Source: Nitrospirota bacterium
GTDB lineage: Bacteria > Nitrospirota > JACRHJ01
Assembly (NCBI GenBank): GCA_963733375.1
Contig: CAVTDB010000008.1
Coordinates: 1-64,000, forward strand
Direction: 5' to 3'
Length of the DNA: 64,000 nt
How positions within the stretch are numbered: position 1 is the stretch's first letter; every line of letters begins with the position of its first letter. The notes under the pieces were generated by a model. That model saw only the letters and a list, made by a program, of their open reading frames with translations, ran no database searches and was not told the origin of the DNA. The position numbers and the translations under genes were made by a program. This document shows positions 1 through 11,233 of this stretch, piece by piece.

Positions 1-44
1 TTTTTGTTTAATGAAAATAATGGCTTTTGTTTCACTTCATGTCT

Positions 45-60
45 TGGCATTAAATTTGCT
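45..60 (+). promoter_or_regulatory. sigma54 (-24/-12) promoter
   Basis: TGGCAT-TAAAT-TTGCT matches TGGCAC-N5-TTGCW with exact spacing. Confidence 0.6.
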
Positions 61-132
61 TATAATTAATATAGTTTTAAAAAATAAAATTTTAATTTTA
101 GACCATTCTCGGCCGGTTAATGGGGGAGCCTG

Positions 133-368
133 TGGAAAACAATCTTCCTGGTTTTAAGCGGCGCATCAATATCAATGATGTATTAAAATAAAAGAGGTTA
201 CGGCTTGTCCGTAACCTCTTTTATTTACTATGGCCTTGTACTTATTTTATGGTTGTTCCTAATACTTATTAAAGGTTTTTAATCTTTCTATGGCCGGGTA
301 TCTTAATATGGAGCATCTGATGGAAACAATCTTCCTGATATTAAGCGGCGCATCAATATTAATGATGT
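133..368 (+). repeat. ~49-bp imperfect direct repeat (133-181 and 321-368)
   Basis: TGGAAA(A)CAATCTTCCTG.T.TTAAGCGGCGCATCAATAT.AATGATGT present twice. Confidence 0.9.
186..226. terminator. intrinsic terminator, likely bidirectional
   Basis: perfect 18-bp inverted repeat AAATAAAAGAGGTTACGG-cttgt-CCGTAACCTCTTTTATTT. Confidence 0.8.
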
Positions 369-615
369 CTTATTCCTGGTATAAGTTCACAAAATTCAGA
401 AAGACGCTGAACGGCGGTAGTATGAACATACGAGCAATATATTTGCTCAAATAATCGGAGTCGAAATTATCTGCTTTCTCTCAATACCCTTCCTGCCGAT
501 AGTCCCCTGGGTTTCAAAAGAGATTATAATGGGGATCATGTTCTTATTAGCGGCACTCTTCGTTTTACTTGTTGTTAACCTCTTTACAAAAATCGTATCC
601 GACCTTGGGCTGTAA
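320..615 (+). CDS. small hypothetical membrane protein (one frameshift)
   Basis: manual translation METIFLILSGASILMMSYSW..., continuing in another frame ...IIMGIMFLLAALFVLLVVNLFTKIVSDLGL*; hydrophobic segments. Confidence 0.5.
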
Positions 616-619
616 AAAG

Positions 620-859
620 AATGGAAATGTCTTAAAAAAGCCAAGGAAGAGATTGGTTTGACCATCAGGAATGTTCTGGGGAACGCTCCCAGCAAGGTCT
701 TCTACACACGGGTGGACTGCATTATTGATGAGTGCGACGATATGCCTCGTTAGCGCATGCTCCAGATTAATCAGCATAGCAGACCTTTTTATCGGCGAAG
801 ACAAAGCCAAGGAAATCAAACGGAATTGCAGAGAAATTCTTGAAAGAATAGCCGCGTAA
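620..859 (+). CDS. small hypothetical protein (frameshifted)
   Basis: ORF 671-859 plus upstream frame; ends just before the RBS of the HD-GYP gene. Confidence 0.35.
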
Positions 860-873
860 AGGGAGGAAATCAT

Positions 874-1864
874 ATGGAGATCCAGACTCTCATCAAAAAA
901 CATTTTATAAAAATTGACAAGGAGCTTATCATCATTCTTCTTTTGGTGGCAATAACCGCCATTATTTATTTCTTTGTCTTAAACCAGCGCGCATTTCTGA
1001 ATTTTTTCTTCCTTCCGGTACTGTTGGGTGCGTATTTCTTCGGAAAGAGATATGCCGTTTTATCCGCACTTGCCACAATAATGTTGATTTTCTCGGTCGC
1101 CTACATAAACCCGGCAACATTCAGATATTCGGGTGATAACGAATTTTACCGGTGGCTGGACTTATCGACATGGGGCGGCTTTATTATAATAGCGGGATAT
1201 TGTATCGGGCACCTGTACGAGAAGAAGGAGGCGGCGATAAAGGAGATAAGGAACACATATCTCGGAATAATCGAGATGCTCTCCCTCGTGATAGATTCGG
1301 TTGACCAGCAGACGCAGACCCATTCATACCGCGTGTCCGCTATCGCGTCCCTGATTGCCAAGGAAATGGCTCTTCCAGAACAGGACCGCGAGGACATCAG
1401 GATCGCCGCCCTCCTCCATGATTTAGGGAAGATCGGGGTCAACCTCGAGATATTGAGCAAGGCGGGAGAGTTGACCCGCGGGGAGCGCGCCCATATACAG
1501 CAGCATACCGAATTCGGTGTTGATGTGCTTGGGCCTGTACATGGGCAGGGTGCACCAGTTAATACCCCTGATACTGCACCACCATGAAAGATACGACGGG
1601 ACAGGCTATAACTCGATGATGGGTGAAGATATACCTTTAGGGGCGAGGATAATTGCAGTTGCCGACGTTTATGACGCCATGACCAGCGACCGGCCCTATC
1701 GCAAGGCCTTGACCCCCACAGTGGCGAAAACAGAAATCATATCCAACTCAGGGACTAAATACGACCCTGTCGTGGTGGTACATTTTGAGCAAATATTTCC
1801 GCGTCTGGAAACCGATTCATACCTGCCGCCCCAGGTTTTCAGGCTGGCAAGTCTGGTGCATTAA
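874..1864 (+). CDS. membrane-anchored HD-GYP c-di-GMP phosphodiesterase (frameshift ~1545)
   Basis: N-terminal TM helices; HSYRV, LLHDLGKIG, HHERYDGTGY, ADVYDAMTSDRPYR motifs across ORFs 874-1587 and 1517-1864. Confidence 0.9.
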
Positions 1865-1870
1865 AAAAAT

Positions 1871-1896
1871 GGCGGGAGTCCTTCCCGCCCTTTTTA
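1871..1896 (+). terminator. intrinsic terminator
   Basis: GGCGGGA-gtcct-TCCCGCC followed by T run. Confidence 0.7.
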
Positions 1897-1932
1897 ATTG
1901 ATTGAAATCCTTCAATATCCTGATACCTCCAA

Positions 1933-1961
1933 TTGCAAAAAAACCGTTTATCTGTTATAAT
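1933..1961 (+). promoter_or_regulatory. sigma70 promoter of S8 protease
   Basis: TTGCAA-17-TATAAT with extended -10 TG. Confidence 0.65.
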
Positions 1962-2033
1962 CGGACGCAAGAAAACCCCGCCTTTTCAAGATTCTAATTT
2001 TAAATTCCGGCGGTATTCGGGAGGGATATATAA

Positions 2034-5000
2034 ATGGGTTTTGATAGCTGCCTGAGAGTCGTCCTGGGCGCCGCCATACTCACCCTGCCCATAGTCAATT
2101 CCGCATCCGCGGGCGGCCCCGCCCAAATGCACAATGCCGCATACGATAAAGATGAAGACCGCGGAGATCGATACCTCCGGGCCGAACCTCTCCATATTTT
2201 CGGCGGGACAGCCGTCCCCGGGGAGCCATTTCTATATCGTCCAGTTTTCCGGCCCCGTCCAGGAGGATTGGAAACAGAGGATAACCGATTACGGAGCGAA
2301 GTTTTTTGGATACTTGCCGGAGGACGCGTTTATCGTGAAGATGGACGCATCCACCGCTTCGGTCGTAAGCGCGGACCATAACGTGACATGGGTGGGGCCG
2401 TACAGGCCGGAGTTCAAGCTCGCGCCGAAGAGGGCTACGTTAGAGACGACGCCGGTGAGGCCTGCTCCGGCTGAGGCCCTGCCTCCGGGCGGAAAGAAAT
2501 ACACGGTGAAGGTCTTCGACGGCGAAGACATGGCCCCGATAATCAACAGCCTCAAAGCCCTTGGCGCGACGGTGGAAGTAGTGGCGGATAGCGACGGCTT
2601 GAACGGAAAGAAGCTCCGCGTCCAGATGGACGACAGCATGGCCGCCCAGGCCGCGAATATCGAGCAGGTGGAGTGGGTGGAGGAGTTCATTCCCCCCAGG
2701 CTGCTTAACGACGTGGCCGTGGGTATCATGAACGTAACCCCAGTCCGGACCGAATCTTTCCCGAATGAGACGGGTCTTACCGGGACGGGGCAGGTGGTGG
2801 GGATAATGGATACCGGGCTGGATACCGGAAACATTCCAACCATCCATCCGGCTTTCGCCGGGACCGTCGAGCAACGGCAGATCCCAAAGATAAAGGATGC
2901 ATTCGGTTACACCGCGACATACAGTCAACGGAATGGAAGCTGGAGCGACAGCGATGGGCATGGCACGCATACTTCCGGTTCATTGACAGGAAAACCGTTC
3001 ACCGTCAACGGAAAAAATTACAATATCAGCGGCATCGCCTATAACGCGCAACTTGTATTTCAAGGCGTATACATGGACAGCGACGGAAACCTTTACATCC
3101 CCGACCTGAATTCGCAGGCCTTTCCCGATGCATACAACGACGGCGTAAGGGTGCACAGCAATAGCTGGGGCGGCGGCACGCCTGGCGAGTATGATGCCAT
3201 TGCCCAGAGCGCGGATACATTCATCTGGAATCATCCCGATTTTGTCGCATGTTTCGCGGCGGGCAATAGCGGGGTAGACGCCAATAGAAACGGCGTAATC
3301 GACCCGGGTTCCATCACTCCGCCCGGCACGGCAAAGGACATAATAACCGTGGGCGCGACTGAAAACTACAGGCCGATTATCTGAATATCCTATCATCTAT
3401 TGGAATTTTGGTTATTTTAATCAGCCATTTCCGTGAGCCATTGCCAAGGTGGCTAACAACAAAAAGGGGATGGCGGCTTTTTCAAGCAGGGGGCCGACGG
3501 GCGACGGACGGGTAAAGCCGGACGTGGTTGCGCCGGGGACTTATGTGCTCTCCACGAAATCTACCCTTGTGACGCATTTAACCTAATTACTGGGCGAAGC
3601 CTTCGCAGATTGGATATGGCGCCGGATACGATAATTATTTTGCCGCCGACGGCGGCACGAGCATGGCCACGCCGCTTACAGCCGGGGCCGCCGCGCTGGT
3701 GAGGCAGTATTATACCGACGTACAGGGCGTCGGTGATCCTTCCGCCGCGCTGATAAAGGCGACGCTTATCAGCGGAGCCTATAACATGGCGCCGGGCCAG
3801 TACGGTACGGGACGATATCGGGAAATCCATAACCCGCCGGACAACAGCCAGGGCTGGGGCAGGGTGAACGTCACGGATTCCATAACCCCTCCCGCGCCGG
3901 GAAAAGTCCGTTTCGTGGATTACCGGCGGGCGTTACCACTGGACAGACGCTCTCATACGGTTACGAGGTAATCGATACATCCGTGCCGGTCAAAGTTGCA
4001 CTGGTCTGGTCCGATTATCCGACGACCTTGCCAGCCGCAAAAGATCTGGTCAACGACTTAGACCTCACGGTTACCGGGCCGGACGGTAAGATATATCATG
4101 GCAATAAATTCGATACATCGACCGGTTTTTCAACTCCTTTCTCCGCTCCCGACCCCACTCAATACGACAGTACGAATAACGTGGAAGTGGTCAATATTAA
4201 CCCGTCTGCCACCGGCCCGCTTGAGATAGCCGTCAACGGCTCCACCGTCCCCGATGGCCCTCAACCCTTCGCCCTTGTAATCAACGGCGCCGTTGTATCG
4301 CAGGACGCCGCGGTCAATTTTTCCATGTCCATAACGCAGGAAGGCGCGGCCGTTACGCTGAGCGCGAAGTTCTCCCTGGGCGATACCCCGATGGTTAAAA
4401 AACCCGTCACCTTCTACGACCAGACAGGCACCGGCAGTCCTGTTAAAAAAGGGACTGTAAAAACCAACGCCCTGGGCGTAGCCACGCTGAAATTTACGGC
4501 GGCAATCGGCAATCATACGGCATATGCGACGACTCCCGCGATTACCTCTATAGGGATAACGCAGGCGCAGTCCACGCCGGCTGTGCCTTACACGATAGGC
4601 AAGGTGCGGCAGACCTCTCCGGAGCGGAGCCGTTGTAGACGCCTTGCCGGTTGCATTATCGTGGGATACGTCCATGTATCCGGACGCGACGGATTACGAG
4701 GTGCAGGTAAATTCGAGCCCGACTTTCCCGGCCGCGCTGAAGGATTACGCCACTACGGCGAGTTCCTCCGTTTCTTACACGGCTACCATGCTTCCGGGAA
4801 CGGCAAAATACTGGAGGGTAAGGGCGGTATTGCCCACCGGACATTCGCTCTATTCGGCGACGTCGAAATTTACATACAAACCAGTGCCGGTCCTTGAGCT
4901 TTCGACCCCGGTGCAAACCATACTGGATAAGGTTACGCTGACGGCAACCGTTAAAGACGGCTCCGGGAAGGGGATAAGGGGCAGGAAGGTATATTTCTAT

Positions 5001-5151
5001 GATAACGGCGTGTCCGAAGGATACGCTGTAACCAAACCGGACGGCACGGCCGGAAAAACAATCGCCGGGACCTCCGGGAGTACGGTGCAGATCGGTTCAA
5101 AGGGGACTCAAGTATTCACCCGCCGTGTCCGCCTCCGTGATACTTCCATAA
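2034..5151 (+). CDS. secreted S8 subtilisin-like serine protease (Kp43-like) with C-terminal beta-rich Ig/FnIII-like domains (several frameshifts)
   Basis: signal peptide; catalytic motifs MDTGLDTG, DGHGTHTSG, AAGNSG, GTSMATP; SSRGP..DGRVKPDVVAPG; QGWGRVN; LVNDLDL. Confidence 0.85.
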
Positions 5152-5265
5152 AGCTGTCGATATTTCATAACCGGCTACAGCCAGGGCGAGAGGACCCTTG
5201 CGAGGCGCTCTCTCTAGCCATTTCGTCCAGGGCCTTCCGGCAATTCTATCTTAAAATAAAAAAGC

Positions 5266-5294
5266 TTGAAAAAAAGCGGTGTAATTATTATGAT
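5266..5294 (+). promoter_or_regulatory. sigma70 promoter of iorAB
   Basis: TTGAAA-17-TATGAT. Confidence 0.55.
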
Positions 5295-5334
5295 GGTTAT
5301 TCGCAATTCTTCCTGAAAAAATTTATGGAATAAA

Positions 5335-7337
5335 GTGAAAAAAGAGATACTTTCGGGTAACGAGGCCATTGCGCGCGGGTTTGCAGAGGCGGGCGGGAAA
5401 TTCGCCGCGTCATATCCCGGCACGCCCAGCACGGAGGTGCTGGAGGAGTTATGCCGGGTCCCCGGCATACACGCGGAATGGTCCATAAACGAGAAGGTGG
5501 CCTTCGAGGCCGCGATAGGCGGGTCTATATCCGGACTGCGCTCGATGGCGTCCATGAAACACGTCGGCGTGAACGTCGCGGCGGACCCTCTGATGACCGC
5601 TTCCTACACGGGGGTGAACGCGGGCCTTGTCCTGATGGCGGCGGACGACCCCGGGATGTTCAGCTCGCAGAACGAGCAGGATACGCGCCATTTCGCCCGT
5701 CTCGCGAAGGTCCCGTGCCTGGAGCCGTCGGACTCCCAGGAGGCGAAAGATTTCACGAAACTTGCCTTCGAGATCTCGGAGGACTTCGACACGCCGGTAA
5801 TACTTCGTACAACAACGAGGATATCCCACTCCAAAAGCGTCGTCGGTAAAACCTTTGTTACTTTCTTTTCACGGGAAAAGAAAGTAACCAAGGAAAAGCG
5901 GGGTGATTTTACTGCCGAGGGCCCCTGCAAAAGAAAATAAAAAAATACGTGATGCTGCCCGCATTTGCGCGCAAAAGGCGCGTCCGGATAGAGGAGCGGC
6001 TTGTCAGGCTTAAGGAGTGGGCGGAGACGGCGGAAATAAATCAGGTTATCGGGCCGGTCAACCAGCCTGGCGGCGGCGGGGCGAAGGCCGGTAGACCGGC
6101 TTGGGATTATCGCCTCCGGCGCGGCGTTCCAGTACGCAAGGGAGGCGTTCCCGGAGGCTTTCATCCTGAAGCTCGGAATGACCTGGCCCCTGCCCGCGCG
6201 GCTGATAAAAAAATTCGCGGAAAGCGTAACAAAACTTGCGGTCGTGGAGGAACTCGACCCTTTCATAGAAGACGCGGTAAAGGCGGCGGGAGTGCGGGTG
6301 GATTACGGGAAAAACGTCCTTGCCGCATGACGGGCGAGCTTTCGCGGGAAATCGTGGCTATTGCGTTATCTGGTGCGCTCTCTGGCGCGTTATCGGGCGC
6401 GAAGGCTGGCGCGGCGTCGGGCGCAATGTCGGGCGCAATGTCGGGACGCAGGACCAAAGCTCCGGTCCCCGTCTCCGTAACCGGCTCCGGCCACGGTCCC
6501 GGTTCCGTACCCGGCTCCGGCAACGGTCCCTTTCTCGGCCCCGGTTCCGTACCCGTCTCCGGCCCCGTCGCAGGCCTTCCCTCGCGTCCGCCGACGTTCT
6601 GTCCGGGATGTTCGCACAGGGGCCTCTTCGTCGTGCTCTCAAAGCTGAAAGCTTTCGTCTCCGGCGACATCGGCTGCTATACGTTGGGGGCGCTGGCGCC
6701 GTTCGGCGCTATCCATGCCGTCATCTGCATGGGCGCGAGCATCCCGATGGCGCACGGCATATCCAGGGGGCTGAAGCTGCAGGGGATAAGGAGCAAACCC
6801 GTCGCGGTGATAGGGGATTCCACTTTCCTGCATTCCGGCATCACGGGCATCATAAACCTCGCGTATAACGGCGGGGACGCCATAATCGTCATAATGAATA
6901 ACGACACCACCGGCATGACCGGCGGGCAGGAGCATCCGGGCACCGGAAGGAACGCCGTGGGAGAGCCGTCGCCGAAGGTGGACATCCAGGAGCTTTGCAG
7001 GGCCTGCGGCCTGCGTGTAAGGGAGATTGATGCATACGACATCAGGGGCCTTGAGGCCCTCTTCCGGGAGGAGATGGCGGCGGATGGGCCCGTGGTCCTG
7101 GTATCCAACCAGCCCTGCGCGCTAAGGTACAGGGTGCCTTACAAGCCGTTATCCATCGACGCCGGGAAATGCGACGGCTGCCGCCGGTGCCTTAAGGCCG
7201 GGTGCATCGGGCTTAACCTCGTAACGGATGCGGCGGGCCGCAAGTACGTCTCCGTGGACCAGATGCAATGCAACGGCTGCGGGGTGTGCGCCAAGCCTCT
7301 GCCGTGCCGGGGCGTTCATCGGGAGGCGGAGCTTTGA
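5335..7337 (+). CDS. iorA: indolepyruvate ferredoxin oxidoreductase alpha subunit (frameshifted)
   Basis: LSGNEAIARG, YPGTPSTE, RPPTFCPGCSHR, GDIGCYTLG, TPP motif GDSTF..NN, C-terminal 2x CxxCxxC. Confidence 0.92.
5857..5902. repeat. family A palindromic REP-like element inside iorA
   Basis: GTTACTTTCTTTTC-acgg-GAAAAGAAAGTAAC plus CAAGGAAAAGCGGG tail shared with intergenic copies. Confidence 0.85.
6365..6570 (+). repeat. degenerate 12-bp and 6-bp tandem repeats in iorA linker
   Basis: TCGGGCGCAATG-like units (SGAL/SGAM) and CCGGCT/CCGGTT units (GS/GP dipeptides). Confidence 0.75.
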
Positions 7338-7929
7338 CGGGGCTGGATATAATCATCGCGGGCGTCGGGGGGCAGGGGGTACTGCTTTCCGGCAGGATTA
7401 TTGCCGTCGCCGCCCTGGCCGCCGGTTACGACGTGAAGCAGAGCGAGGTACACGGCATGGCGCAGCGCGGCGGGAGCGTCGTCTCGCACGTCCGGTTCGG
7501 GAAAAGGGTCTGCTCTCCCACCATTACCCGTGGCGAGTGCGGCCTCCTGATAGGTTTCGAGCCGGTGGAGGCGCTCCGGAACGTCCACTTCCTCCGTGAA
7601 GGAGGAAGCCTTGTCTGCAATACCCGGAAGATAAGCACCCTGACCGTATCCATCGGCACGGAAGAGTATCCGGCGGACGTGGAGCGGGAAATAAATTCGC
7701 GCGTGACGGGCCTAATGGCTCGGGGGGCGCGCTCCTGATAGACGGGACCTCCCTTGCGGTCCAGGCGGGCGATGCGCGGACTTTAAACCTGGTCCTACTG
7801 GGGGCGGCGATGAAGACCCTGCCTTTTTCCCCCGAGCAGGTCGAGGCCGCGATCAAAAAAACCTTTACCGGCAATATGAGTAATATTAATATAAAGGCGT
7901 TCCGCCTGGGCCGCGCCGCCAGCCGATAG
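7334..7929 (+). CDS. iorB: indolepyruvate ferredoxin oxidoreductase beta subunit (frameshifted)
   Basis: IIIAGVGGQG, SEVHGMAQRGGSVVSHVRFG; overlaps iorA stop. Confidence 0.92.
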
Positions 7930-7932
7930 TTC

Positions 7933-7966
7933 CCCCTCTCCCTGCCCTCTCCCACAGGGGAGAGGG
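7933..7966. repeat. family B REP-like hairpin
   Basis: CCCTCTCCC-acag-GGGAGAGGG preceded by a CCCTCTCCC arm. Confidence 0.8.
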
Positions 7967-7973
7967 TAAAATG

Positions 7974-8013
7974 AAAAAAAGGAGGCCCCCCGTGAAGAAG
8001 GCCTCCTTTTTTT
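7974..8013. terminator. bidirectional intrinsic terminator between iorB and perR
   Basis: A7-GGAGGCC...GGCCTCC-T7 between convergent genes. Confidence 0.8.
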
Positions 8014-8035
8014 ACACGTCGCCCAGGAAACGGTT

Positions 8036-8446
8036 TTAAGCCGCAGCCTCGGCCTCGTCGGCGCAATCCGCGCAGACGCCGTAGAAATCTGCGTGCCGCC
8101 CTTCAATCTTGAAGCCCTCAGCCATATCCCGCGGCACTTCTAAATCAAAGTCCTTACGCACGTTCACAATTTTTTTGCACCGGGTGCAAATCATGTGGTG
8201 GTGCGGTTCAGTTTCCGGATCGAAGTGCTTTCTTTCCCCGTCGATATTCAGCTCCGTGACCTTGCCCATCTGCTTGAGGACTTCAAGCGTGTTGTAGACC
8301 GTGGCCAGGGACACCATTGGATATTTCTCGAGTACTGCCGCGTAGATGTCCTCCGCCGAAGGGTGGGAACGGTTCCCTTCGAGGTAGGCCATTATGGCGG
8401 CGCGTTGGGGAGTCAGCTTGAAACCCCTTTCCCTTTGTGGCCCCAT
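8036..8446 (-). CDS. perR: Fur-family regulator, PerR-like
   Basis: LTPQR, HPSAEDIY, SLATVYNTL, HHHMICTRC, GVCADC. Confidence 0.8.
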   Translation of the reverse strand: MGPQRERGFKLTPQRAAIMAYLEGNRSHPSAEDIYAAVLEKYPMVSLATVYNTLEVLKQMGKVTELNIDGERKHFDPETEPHHHMICTRCKKIVNVRKDFDLEVPRDMAEGFKIEGRHADFYGVCADCADEAEAAA

Positions 8447-8505
8447 TCTGTTACCTCATATTAACGTTAATCATATAATATTGATGACATGTTAAATAAG
8501 ATTTG

Positions 8506-10396
8506 TCAAATCGAATGGTTCGCCTGTTTGTACCGCTCCTGTAGTTTCTCGAATATTTCACCCGCAACCTTCTTCGGCAACCTGGGCACTTTTTCCAGGT
8601 CTTCGACCGCCGCCTCCCTGATAGCGCGGAAGCTCCCGAAATGCCTGAGCAGCTGGGTCTTCCTCTTTTTGCCGATCCCTTCTATATCGTCCAGCGGAGA
8701 TTTAAGTCCTTTTTTATTGCGGAGTTTCCTGTGCTGGGTGATGGCGAACCGGTGCGACTCGTCCCGCACCGCCGCCAGCAGGTTCACCGCCGCCGAGGTG
8801 GGGGACAGCACCTCGTGCCTCCGCCTCATAGGGCTTGTACACGCGTTTCAAACGCGTTCGCCTCGCGTATCCCGCCGCCGAATTTAAGCCCCTTCTCCTT
8901 TGCCTTCGCAAGCCCCACGATGTCGAGTTCGTCCACGTCCGCGCCGATATCCCGAAGCGCCTCCACTGCGGCCGAGAGCTGTCCTTTTCCCGCCGTCCAC
9001 CATTATCAGGTCCGGCCATTCCTCGCCCTCTTCCATCAGCCTCTTGTACCGGCGGGTTACGACCTCCTCCATCATGGCGAAATCGTTCGCCTCCGGGACG
9101 GTCCTGATGTTGAAGTGGCGGTAGCCGGACTTATCCGGCTGGCACAGCTCAAAGCTCACCATCGAGCCGCACGCGTCATGGCCGCCGGTATTGGATATAT
9201 CGAACGCCTCTATGCGCTTCGGTATCTTTTTCAGCCGAAGTTCCGATTTCAGGGACAGAAGCGTAAGCTCGCGCCCGGAGTCCGTCTTCAGGTTCTGACG
9301 GAGCGACTCGCGCGCGTTATCCAGCGCCATCTCCATTACCCTGCCGTCCGGAGCCCCTGTGCGGAGAATAAAGGCTTACGTTCTTCCCGCGCATCTCCTT
9401 CAAAAAATCTTCTACCAGCCCCTGTTCGGAAAGTTCATGTGAGATTAGCGCCTCCGGCGGGACCTCTTTGCCGCCGGAATAGAACTGGTTGATGAAATCG
9501 GTCAGGAGTTCGCCCTCCGTCATCTCCAGCGCGTCCGCGAAATAGAAGTCTTTCCTGCCGACTATCTTGCCCTTCCGTACAAACAGCGCCTGGATGTCCG
9601 CCGCGGAGCCTTCCTTGGCCACGGCTATGATATCCCTGTCCTCCATCCGGAGCGACGTGATGCGCTGAGACTGCGTGGCCTGCCGGAGCGCGTATATCCT
9701 GTCCCGGATATGCGCCGCGGCCTCGAAGTTCTGGGCCTCGGCGGTCTCCTTCATCCTGGCTTCCAGGTTCCGGATAAGCTCTTTATCCTTGCCGGACAAA
9801 AACATCCGGACTTCCTCGACCATCTTCCAGTAATCTTCCTTCGTTATCATCTCGCCGCACGGGCCGGAGCAGCGCTTCATTCCGAACTGGAGGCAGGGGC
9901 GCTCAAGCTTCTGGCCGACGCCCTTGCGCGTGCACTTGCGCATGGTGAATATCCGGTTGATGAACTTCAGCGTCTCCCACATCGGGGCAGTCGGGACGAA
10001 CGGCCCGAAATAAAGCGCCCCGTCCTTCTCGACTTTGCGCACCACGCAGAGCGTCGGGAATTTCTCGTTCACCGTCAGTTTCAGGTACGGGTAGTTCTTG
10101 TCGTCCCGGAGCACGACATTATAGCGGGGCTTGTGTTTTTTTATGAGGTTGGATTCGAGGATGAAGGCTTCCATCTCCGAGTCCGTGACGATGGTCTCGA
10201 AATCGGAGATAAGACCTGCCATCTGGGCCTTGCGCGGGTCCGGGTCCGGCGTGGACTGGAAGTACGAGCGCACCCGGTTCAAAAGCGACTTCGCCTTCCC
10301 GACGTATATCACGCGGCCCCTGGCGTTCTTCATCAGGTAAACGCCGGGGCGGTCGGAGAGGTTTTTTAATTTTTCGTCAAGGTCATAAGCCCTCAC
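8506..10396 (-). CDS. uvrC: excinuclease ABC subunit C (frameshifted)
   Basis: PGVYLMK..IYVGKAKSL (GIY-YIG), RIEAFDISN, DLIMVDGG, RDESHRFA, HhH GIGKKR. Confidence 0.95.
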
Positions 10397-10426
10397 CCCC
10401 TGCCCCTCTCCCCGAGGGCGAGGGGT
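10390..10426. repeat. family B REP-like hairpin at uvrC start
   Basis: CCCTCACCCCCTGCCCCTCTCCCCGAGGGCGAGGGG. Confidence 0.75.
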
Positions 10427-10440
10427 TAAGGAGGAAATTT

Positions 10441-11176
10441 TTAATATTCCACGTGCACCAGGTAAAGCCCCTGGCCCGGCGCGGTAGGGCCGGCCTTCGT
10501 GCGGTCACGAGCTTCCAGCATATCCTTCACGTCGCCGGACGCGAAGCGGCCTTTGCCCACCTCCACCAGGGTCCCCACCACCGTCCGGACCATGTGCCGC
10601 AGGAACCCGCTCGCTTCGAGTGAAAAGAATATCCTGTTCCCGTCCAGTTGTATCTCCAGCATGCGCAGAGTCCTGACGGGGTTCACGCCGTCGCTGTGGA
10701 CCGCGCGGAAGGAAGTGAAATCGTGCTCGCCCAGCAGGTATGCCGCGCCCTCTTTCATCGCCTCAATGTCCAGCGGCATCGGGACGTGCCACGAGTAGTT
10801 CCGCTTGAGCGGGGAGGGGATGTACCGGTTCAGCACGATATATCCGTATTGTTTGCCTTTCGCGGAGTAACGCGCGCTGAATTCTTCCGGCTCCTCCGAC
10901 GCCTCCAGCGCCCGCATCTCCGGCGGCAGGAAATGGTTCAGCGCGCCCAGCCAGGCCTTGGCGTCCATTTCCGCGGCGGTCTTGAAATTCACCACCTGGC
11001 CCAGCGCGTGCACCCCGGCGTCCGTCCTGCCGGATGCGGTTACCCGGAGGTCTTCGCCGGAGATTTTTTTTATCGCCGCTCTCCAATTCGCCCTGGAGTG
11101 TGCGCTGGTCGGGCTGAAACTGCCATCCGGCGAAGCCGGTGCCGTCGTACTCGAGGATCAGTTTGATATTTTTCAT
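10441..11176 (-). CDS. truA: tRNA pseudouridine(38-40) synthase (frameshifted)
   Basis: LEYDGTGFAGWQ, GRTDAGVHALGQV, GEHDFTSFR, GFLRHMVR, AGPTAPGQGLYL. Confidence 0.95.
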
Positions 11177-11233
11177 AGAATATTATTTTACAACAAAGGC
11201 GGGTATTTATTCAATGGTAAGGACGGGATCGAT

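Noticed and set aside
1933-2020. c-di-GMP-I riboswitch (GGACGCAA near an HD-GYP gene)
   Set aside because: The needed 5' part lies in the promoter and the GNRA-capped stem is missing
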